From: an uncultured Bacteroidales bacterium
Lineage (GTDB): Bacteria > Bacteroidota > Bacteroidia > Bacteroidales > M50B96
Direction: 5' to 3'
Length of the DNA stretch: 54,817 nt
Assembly (NCBI GenBank): GCA_964388245.1
Contig: CAYLZH010000004.1
Coordinates: forward strand, 1-54,817
Shown: one piece after another, positions 47,985 through 54,817 of the stretch
Layout: each line of letters starts with the position of its first letter
How positions within the stretch are numbered: the stretch's first letter is position 1
Translations under genes and position numbers: made by a program
The notes under the pieces: generated by a model
Seen by the model: only the letters and a program-made list of their open reading frames with translations
Database searches by the model: none
What the model was told of the DNA's origin: nothing

Positions 47985-50677
47985 GGTTCTACAACTTTTA
48001 TGGTTTCGCGTAAATGGATATGCTTGCTCGAAGCTCCTATCATGATTCTGAACTCTCCCGGTTCAACAATTCGCTGGAGGTTAATATCGAGCATACTCAA
48101 TAATTCCGGGGTAATCTCAAATGTAATTTGTTTCGATTCGCCAGCTTTCAGATGAATTCGCTGAAAACCTTTGAGCTCCAGCACAGGACGAGCAACTGTG
48201 GCAAACAAATCACGGATGTACAACTGAACAACCTCGTCGCCAGAATATGCCCCCGTATTCGAAAGCATGAAGCTAACTTCAATACTTTCGCTTGCATTGA
48301 TTTCTGTTGTGGACAGATGCATATCGCTGTAAACAAAATCTGTGTAACTCAACCCATATCCAAATGGGTAAAGTGGATGACCTGTCAAGTTCATGTAATC
48401 ATCTCCACGCCCGGTTGGTTTATGATTATAATACAAAGGAAGTTGAGCCTCAGCTACGGGAAAAGTAATTGGCAATCGACCGGCCGGATTGTAATCGCCA
48501 AATAAAACATCGGCAACCGCATGTCCACCTTCATTTCCCGGGTACCAAACATCTAGAATTGCAGGAACATCATTAACCCAATCGTTCATTACAACAGCAC
48601 TACCACCAACAATTACCACAACCATAGGCTTTCCTGTTTTGGCAATTTGTTTGATCATTTCTTCTTGTTTGCCTGGAAGTTTGAGAAGCGCCCTATCTCT
48701 GAATTCGCCTTCATCAATTCCCACCACCACAATAGCAAGCTCACTTGCATCGACCAATTTTACGGCTTCCTTTATTTGTTCATTGTATTGATCTTTAATC
48801 CCGATATTCCAGATTAAATTGAAACGAACATTACCAACGGATTCAAAATATTCAACCTTAATAGTATAAGATTCTCCCTTTTCAAAATGATAGGAAGTAG
48901 TTATGGTTTGTACTGTTTGTTTTTTCCAGTTATCAATAATCAATTCATCGTTGAGGTACAGACGATGGCCATCGTTACCTTTAACACCAATTTCAAAATT
49001 ACCAGTTTTTGGAGCAGTTAGTGTTCCGGTCCAACGAACAGAATAGAAATCGTAATTAATCTTTTCCTTATCCGGTGAAAATAGGGTCCAACTAAAATCA
49101 ATCTTTTTATCTACTCTGGTTAGAACAGGCCTTCCTTCCATCTTTATATTATTGAAGTATTCTCCTAAGAGTCCTGATACAATTTTCCCATTGTAATTAA
49201 CAGTGAAACTCTCCGAAGGAATTGTGGTAAATTGTTTTGCCCGACGACCACAACCCGGTGCATATTTTACCTGGCAGGTTTCACCTACTTTCTCTTCAAT
49301 CCCTTTTAAAATACTAATAGGCGCATTCCCTGGTCCGGAGTATCCTCCTAACCTTGCCTCAACTGCATCATTGCCAATTACGGCAATCCTTCCTATTTCT
49401 TTACTGATTGGTAAAACCTGACTTTCGTTCTCTAATAAAACAATGGATTCAAGCGCAGCTTTTTTTGCAATCTCTTTGTGCTCTGGGTTACCATTCCATT
49501 TGGTCACTTCTTCAACATCCACATATGGATTTTCAAATAAACCAAGCTTAAATTTTGCCCGAAGCACCCTCCGAACAGCATCATCAATGGCAGTTTCATC
49601 AACCATTCCTTTTTCAAAGGCTTCGTAAAAAAGTTGATAATGATTGTATGAAGTTTGAAAAATCACATCCAACCCATTTTCGATGGCTTCCTTGGTCGAT
49701 TCTGCATAATTTTTTGTAGTGAAATGCAGCACATTTGCACCACCTGTTGCACCAGCATCAGAAATTACAAAGCCCTGAAAACCCCACTCGTCTTTCAGTT
49801 TCTGATTTAGCAGCCAATCGTTTGCAGTACATGGTCTGCCATCCAACGAATTGTAAGAAGTCATCACCGACCATGCTCCGGCTTTCTGAAAACATGCTTT
49901 GTATGGTGGAAAATAAACTTCCTCCATTAATCGCTCATTAAAATGAATTGGGTAGCTATCCCGGCCACCTGCACCAGAGTTTGCGACAAAATGCTTTGGT
50001 GTAGCAACCACACCGTTTTTTTCAAATTGAGAAATAAATGAAAGTCCCATCTGGGTAACCAAAAAAGGATCCTCGCCATAGGTTTCTTCAACTCTACCCC
50101 AACGCACATCCCGAGCAATATCCAGTACTGGTGATAAGATTTGTCGGATACCTCTCGATTTTGTTTCCATGGCAATGGCGTGGGCCACATCTGCCATCAA
50201 AGCTGTGTCCCAGGTTGCTGCTAATGCGATAGATTGAGGAAACGCGGTTGCTCCTTTTCTAACCAATCCGTGGAGTGCCTCGTCGAAAGCAATTATTGGA
50301 ATGCCCAAACGAGTTTCTTCCACAAAGTATTTTTGAATATTGTTAATCAGTTTAGCCGTTTCAACCGCCGTTCCACCACCTGAATAATCTAAAAGCTGTT
50401 CGGCCTCATTGCCCGATTTTCCTTTTGTAGCAACCTGAAAGCCAAAAATTCCATTTTTGTAATTTTCCTTCCCATCCGACATATCACCCGGAATCATAAA
50501 CAGTTGCCAGAATTTTTCCTCCAATGTCATTTGCGATAAGAGATTATCTACTCTTTGTTCAATTGGTAGATCGGGATTTTTATAGCTAACATCATCCTTT
50601 TTTTTGCAAGATTGCAATCCTGAAATAACCAGGAAGAAAAACAACAAACCAAATAATCGAGAGGACTTTATAATCAT
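47981..50677 (-). CDS. GH3 beta-glucosidase-like enzyme with an inserted PA14 domain
   Basis: The GH3 motifs GIPIIAFDEALHG, RWGRVEETYGEDP and FVISDAGA are present. PA14 motif: GLLGEYFNN...YSVRWTG...GNDGHRLYLN. The ATG at 50677 gives the signal MIIKSSRLFGLLFFFLVISGLQSC. The track start at 50755 overlaps the upstream gene. Confidence 0.9.
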   Translation of the reverse strand: MIIKSSRLFGLLFFFLVISGLQSCKKKDDVSYKNPDLPIEQRVDNLLSQMTLEEKFWQLFMIPGDMSDGKENYKNGIFGFQVATKGKSGNEAEQLLDYSGGGTAVETAKLINNIQKYFVEETRLGIPIIAFDEALHGLVRKGATAFPQSIALAATWDTALMADVAHAIAMETKSRGIRQILSPVLDIARDVRWGRVEETYGEDPFLVTQMGLSFISQFEKNGVVATPKHFVANSGAGGRDSYPIHFNERLMEEVYFPPYKACFQKAGAWSVMTSYNSLDGRPCTANDWLLNQKLKDEWGFQGFVISDAGATGGANVLHFTTKNYAESTKEAIENGLDVIFQTSYNHYQLFYEAFEKGMVDETAIDDAVRRVLRAKFKLGLFENPYVDVEEVTKWNGNPEHKEIAKKAALESIVLLENESQVLPISKEIGRIAVIGNDAVEARLGGYSGPGNAPISILKGIEEKVGETCQVKYAPGCGRRAKQFTTIPSESFTVNYNGKIVSGLLGEYFNNIKMEGRPVLTRVDKKIDFSWTLFSPDKEKINYDFYSVRWTGTLTAPKTGNFEIGVKGNDGHRLYLNDELIIDNWKKQTVQTITTSYHFEKGESYTIKVEYFESVGNVRFNLIWNIGIKDQYNEQIKEAVKLVDASELAIVVVGIDEGEFRDRALLKLPGKQEEMIKQIAKTGKPMVVVIVGGSAVVMNDWVNDVPAILDVWYPGNEGGHAVADVLFGDYNPAGRLPITFPVAEAQLPLYYNHKPTGRGDDYMNLTGHPLYPFGYGLSYTDFVYSDMHLSTTEINASESIEVSFMLSNTGAYSGDEVVQLYIRDLFATVARPVLELKGFQRIHLKAGESKQITFEITPELLSMLDINLQRIVEPGEFRIMIGASSKHIHLRETIKVVEP

Positions 50678-50687
50678 GTTATTTCTT

Positions 50688-53015
50688 TTATGAATTAATA
50701 CTCCCTTCCATGGATTTCTCCAATTCGCGAGCTTGAGATAGAAAAGTTTGCACATCCATTTCCCGAAAAAAAACCATACCGTGGCAACCTCTTAGGCGTG
50801 GATGTTCGTTTTCGTAGAAATAGTTTTTCCCTAATAAAAGTTGGATTTGCTTAAACTGGTCGATCCAAATCTTTTGAGCTAGTTTAGAGAATTTTCCATC
50901 TAATGCATAGCTTGGAAAACTGGCTTCGACCTGGCTCAGATAACAATTAGAAAAAGCATTGTCGAGTGAGGATAAAGAGTTGAGTGATACAGGAACAAAA
51001 ACTTCTGCCTCCGCAGGATGAAACTTATACCACACGTTTCGGTAGCCATAAATTTTCAGGTTACTTAAATCTTCCTCCTCCGACCAAAGTCGAACAGCAT
51101 CAGCAACGGCTTGCAGTACTTTGTAGTGTGTGTCTGGTCCACTACCCTCGGGATCGAGTGCCAGACTAATGATAGTTGGTTTGGTTCTTCTAAACTCTTC
51201 CAAAATTGGGATAACATCCCGTCCACGTTGTGGTTGTTCCGTAAAAATATCTCCGGTGTAAAATTTCAAGCGCAGGTGTTTTACATTCTTCACTTGTACT
51301 CCAAAATGAGCCCAAACCAACTCCTCCTCAAATTCACGAATCCTTCCTTTTAATAATTGGATTTTTGTTGGATTTTTCTCGCCATCATAACTGTTGGCCA
51401 GAATATCTAATACTTCTGTGATTTTCTGTGTTAACTCTCCAGTGTTGGTTAATTCGTAAATCTCCACCAAGTCTCTGATCAAACGATGACACAAACCCCT
51501 TTGGCGTTCCATGGGTTCTCCTGAAGCCACCTTGTCATGAAAATGTGATACATCTTTGTCTCTTTTTAGTTTGAAACCATGCTTGAAAAAATTAGGATAT
51601 TCTAACATTTGAATTTGACCGGATTCTATAAACATTTGGGCATCCATTAGGATATCACTCATGAAGTTATTGGTAACTGCAGTGAAGCCTGAGGTCATTA
51701 TGCCAAAAGTAAATGAATTGGATTCGCCCCTAAGTTCATGGCTGATATGCGGAAAGATACCCAGCATAATGTCATCGTGGTGAGGACCGGTATGGTAGTA
51801 ACGTTGGTTTTGAGATATTTCCATACCATAAAACAATTTCTTTTTAACCGATTCGATCACTTGAACCACTGTATCGATCGAAACATTGGGTATGAGAGAA
51901 CACCATTTATCTTCCTTCAAATCATCATTTGTAATATGATGACCATAACAGTTATTCTTCTGGCATAAGTCGATAATTGCGCGTTCCGTTTTTTCGAAAG
52001 TCCAATTACCACTTGTATAATAAGCTTTAATGGAATCTTCAAGTTTGGTGGCAGCACTCTTAGTTATATAAAAGCGGCCTTTATTAAGCGAATGCAGAAC
52101 AGTAGCCGGATATTGGTTTGAAGCCTTTTGCTCCAGGGCATTTTTAACAACCTCAGCCTTGGCTTCACCAGCAGCCATAATGATCGCAACTGTATCGGGA
52201 TTATAAATAATCGTTTGCAATCCAATGGTAATAACCAGGCGATTTTTTGAAACTTCAATTCCACCTAAATCACCTGCAGCAACCGCCTGGGTTTCGAAAT
52301 TTGTTTCAGTTAATCGTGTGGTTGAGAAATGATCAGATCCGCGGGTATTGAATGCTATATGACCGTCCGGGCCAATACCGCCAAGAAAAAAACCAATACC
52401 ACCTAGGTCACGAATCTTTTGTTCGTATTCCGAACACCATTCATCAATCATAAGGATGGACTCCTGTTGCTTTCTCTCGAACGCTGTTTTTGCTTCTCGG
52501 TAACGCAAACTCAAATCAACTTTATGATCCGGGAAAATCTCTTGAAAACTTGCACCGTCTGCCAAAGGAAGTTGTTCAGCATTGATTAGCATTGCATTTT
52601 GGAGATCAAGTCCAAAACCCTTGATGTAATATTCATTTACATACCAGGCAAAACTGTTTTTTTGTTCTGAGCTAATCGGATAAAACTCATCAATCTGCAC
52701 GAACTTTAAATTGCCTAAATCAGGTTTGCACCTTTTGTCCAGTCCGTATTTGTCGCAAAGATTGTTCACCTTCTCGCTACCCCAGTTTTGTACGATATAA
52801 CTGGTCCATTTAATAAAATGCTCGGGTGTTTTTCCGGTAGGCAGACTTACTACACCGTCTGGATTCAACAATACCCACTCGATAAAACGCAAAGCCGTTA
52901 ACAGTCCAAGCTGCGGAAAATTATCCACCGTAACATAAGGCATTTGGGTGCTCATGTCTGGTTGACCTGATAGCGCTATAAATTTTTGTTCAACTGGGCT
53001 AAAATTGTAATTCAT
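50688..53015 (-). CDS. Long-form glucosamine-6-phosphate deaminase-like protein (NagB-like N-domain fused to an LmbE/PIG-L-like domain)
   Basis: NagB-like motifs: LPTGKTPE ... FVQIDEF ... GIGPDGHIAFN. The C-terminal half has HTGPHHDDIMLG, which resembles the PIG-L AHPDD motif. There is no signal peptide, so the protein is cytoplasmic. Confidence 0.7.
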   Translation of the reverse strand: MNYNFSPVEQKFIALSGQPDMSTQMPYVTVDNFPQLGLLTALRFIEWVLLNPDGVVSLPTGKTPEHFIKWTSYIVQNWGSEKVNNLCDKYGLDKRCKPDLGNLKFVQIDEFYPISSEQKNSFAWYVNEYYIKGFGLDLQNAMLINAEQLPLADGASFQEIFPDHKVDLSLRYREAKTAFERKQQESILMIDEWCSEYEQKIRDLGGIGFFLGGIGPDGHIAFNTRGSDHFSTTRLTETNFETQAVAAGDLGGIEVSKNRLVITIGLQTIIYNPDTVAIIMAAGEAKAEVVKNALEQKASNQYPATVLHSLNKGRFYITKSAATKLEDSIKAYYTSGNWTFEKTERAIIDLCQKNNCYGHHITNDDLKEDKWCSLIPNVSIDTVVQVIESVKKKLFYGMEISQNQRYYHTGPHHDDIMLGIFPHISHELRGESNSFTFGIMTSGFTAVTNNFMSDILMDAQMFIESGQIQMLEYPNFFKHGFKLKRDKDVSHFHDKVASGEPMERQRGLCHRLIRDLVEIYELTNTGELTQKITEVLDILANSYDGEKNPTKIQLLKGRIREFEEELVWAHFGVQVKNVKHLRLKFYTGDIFTEQPQRGRDVIPILEEFRRTKPTIISLALDPEGSGPDTHYKVLQAVADAVRLWSEEEDLSNLKIYGYRNVWYKFHPAEAEVFVPVSLNSLSSLDNAFSNCYLSQVEASFPSYALDGKFSKLAQKIWIDQFKQIQLLLGKNYFYENEHPRLRGCHGMVFFREMDVQTFLSQARELEKSMEGSINS

Positions 53016-53061
53016 GATTGGTTTTGTTATTCTTTACGATGCTTATGTTTTTTAATAATTA

Positions 53062-54453
53062 TTACTGTGGATTTATGTACTCCCATTGATAATCTACGTT
53101 TTGACGTGCTTCATTTGGAGAATTATTAATTCCCAAACCAGCAAAAGCGAACATTGCAGCTCCCAACACAGTAGTTTCCGTATGATTGATCAGCTTTACG
53201 GGAATATTTAAACAATTAGCACGCAGTTGATTCCATAATTGGTTTTTCGAACCTCCTCCTACAACCACAAGCGACTTTGCAGTAAAATCGCCAAGTTTTT
53301 CCAGAACCTCCAGACTATCTTTGGTTTTTCGAGCAAGCGCTTCAAGAGCTGCTCGATAAATATCTTCCCGTTTTGCATTTATCCGAAGACCAGCGATTAC
53401 GCCATTTTCGTTCAAAAAATCAATACCGAAATCAAGTTTCCCCTTTGATGCTTTTTCAGCTTCAGCAATCATAGTTTCATAAATGTTCGGAAGGTCCATT
53501 TCACTGTGATAAAACATCTTCTTGATCCATTCCAAAATACCAGAACCGAGCCATTGTATTCCTGGATTGAAAAGTCCATTAACAGCATCCATTTCAATGG
53601 TTACACCTTGTTCTAAAAAAGCTTTGGACGTTTGCTCCTTTGGTGTTCTGGCCATTAGTATTTCCCAAGTGCCGGACCTGAGGACTGATTCGTTTTCTCC
53701 TACCCCCGAACCGAAAAGTGCAAATTGAGTATCGTGTCCGCATACTACAACTGGGATGTTTTTTTGCAAACCAGTTTCCTTCGATGCAGATTCATGGATT
53801 TTTCCAATAATAGTTCCTGGTTCAACCATTGGAGGGAACTTTTCGTCGATTCCAATTGTTTGGAAAATCTCTTTTGAAAACTTCCGATTGTGAATATCAC
53901 AAAGCATCGATGTGCCTGCAATGGTTGTATCGTTAACAAATTCACAACATAACTTATGGATCAGGAGCGACGGCATAAAAACAAAATGTTCCATCTGCTC
54001 CAAAACATCAGGTTTGTTTTCCTTGAACCAAATAAGCTTGTTAATGGTATTGAAACTAAAGACATTTACTCCGGCTATTGAATATAACTTATCAAGAGAA
54101 ATGTACTTGTCCATATTATCCAATACAGGCTGGGTGCGCTGGCAGGCCCACGAAATTACAGGGTAAAGCATCTCTCCAGTCTTCGACATTGTTGCACCAT
54201 CAACGCCAAACGTTGTAACAGTAACGGCAACAATTGTCCGTTTGTCAATCTTGGCAAGGATAGCTTTAGTTGTGGTTTTTAATTTTTCCCAAATTTCTTC
54301 CACGTCCCAGATTAATCCTCCAGAATAACTCGGATCTACTTGGGTATTGTTAGGTAATGACTTTTGGGCAATAATCTTCCCCTTTTCATCAACCGCAACC
54401 GAACGTACATTGGTTGCACCACAATCAAGAACTATGACTAATTTACTTTGCAT
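53062..54453 (-). CDS. fucK: L-fuculokinase (FGGY carbohydrate kinase)
   Basis: Similarity to E. coli FucK as recalled is strong: VLDCGATNVR, VTTFGVDGA, YPVISWACQRT, SGTWEILM, NPGIQWLGSGILEW and VVGGGSKNQLWNQLRANCLNIPV. The track start at 54456 is GTG, and the adjacent ATG is at 54453. Confidence 0.85.
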   Translation of the reverse strand: MQSKLVIVLDCGATNVRSVAVDEKGKIIAQKSLPNNTQVDPSYSGGLIWDVEEIWEKLKTTTKAILAKIDKRTIVAVTVTTFGVDGATMSKTGEMLYPVISWACQRTQPVLDNMDKYISLDKLYSIAGVNVFSFNTINKLIWFKENKPDVLEQMEHFVFMPSLLIHKLCCEFVNDTTIAGTSMLCDIHNRKFSKEIFQTIGIDEKFPPMVEPGTIIGKIHESASKETGLQKNIPVVVCGHDTQFALFGSGVGENESVLRSGTWEILMARTPKEQTSKAFLEQGVTIEMDAVNGLFNPGIQWLGSGILEWIKKMFYHSEMDLPNIYETMIAEAEKASKGKLDFGIDFLNENGVIAGLRINAKREDIYRAALEALARKTKDSLEVLEKLGDFTAKSLVVVGGGSKNQLWNQLRANCLNIPVKLINHTETTVLGAAMFAFAGLGINNSPNEARQNVDYQWEYINPQ

Positions 54454-54614
54454 CACCTCATCGTTCTTTAAATTTCAAACTCAATATCCAAAATCCAAAT
54501 AAATTACAAATTTCAATTATCAAATAAATAACAAACACTAAAATTAAATATCTCAAATGGTTTTGGATTTAAAATTGTAATTTATTCGTTTTTATCATTT
54601 GATTTTTAATGCTT

Positions 54615-54817
54615 CTACAAATATAGTGGTCCATAATTAGCACATGCCCGATAGTCAGCACCTTCTTTATCCTGCCCATGCATTGACCAGGCTGCCGGAC
54701 GAAAAATATGATCTTCCTCGATATTATGCATGTTAACCGGGGTTCGCAACATAGATGCCAGCGTAATTAAGTCAGCACCAATATGTCCATAACTTGAAGC
54801 ACAATGGTTTGCGCCCC
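54615..54817 (-). CDS. fucI: L-fucose isomerase, C-terminal 66 codons (5' part outside the window)
   Basis: The minus-strand translation [66 protein letters not shown] matches the FucI C-terminus as recalled (...[20 protein letters not shown]...YRACQNYGPLYKR). Confidence 0.85.
   Translation of the reverse strand, partial: GANHCASSYGHIGADLITLASMLRTPVNMHNIEEDHIFRPAAWSMHGQDKEGADYRACANYGPLYL

Noticed and set aside
1-54817. A mobile element or genomic-island interpretation of the CAZyme array.
   Set aside because: There is no integrase, transposase, tRNA attachment site, terminal inverted or direct repeats, or conjugation genes. The only foreign-looking item is the DUF1016 fragment.

Overview
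This looks like a Bacteroidota chromosomal segment. The evidence is lipoprotein-rich CAZymes, two T9SS C-terminal sorting domains and TAnnTTTG-type -7 boxes. I saw no rRNA, tRNA, CRISPR array, transposase or integrase. nt 1-8741 holds a plus-strand TolC/MacA/MacB-type ABC efflux operon (its 5' end is cut by the window edge), a LytS/LytTR two-component pair and a minus-strand membrane-anchored TPR-LuxR regulator. nt 8886-54817 holds 27 consecutive minus-strand genes that form one large glycan-degradation array. It contains 5 S1 sulfatases (one with an in-frame TGA), 2 GH29 and 1 GH95 fucosidases, GH20, GH92, 2 GH30, a GH78-like enzyme, GH43, GH3-PA14, DUF2961/GH172-like, a beta-helix protein and 2 esterases (one frameshifted). 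It also contains a T9SS-exported PNGase F-like protein, a 1491-aa T9SS-exported LTD-CotH-beta-helix protein, a NagB/LmbE-like fusion and fucK plus the 3' end of fucI. No SusC/SusD pair is present in the window. I did not find a clear-cut new defence-type or mobile system. The most unusual items are: (i) the two T9SS cargo genes, which share a ~50-nt promoter/operator-like motif; (ii) a ~120-nt multi-hairpin intergenic repeat present twice, with compensatory stem changes; (iii) a 69-nt palindrome built from 9-10-bp periodic CATATRAG units upstream of the LytS/LytTR pair; (iv) domain and 5'-end mosaicism among adjacent enzymes; and (v) two disrupted genes plus a DUF1016 gene remnant inside the array. 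All family assignments come from motif recognition by eye. No database search was run.
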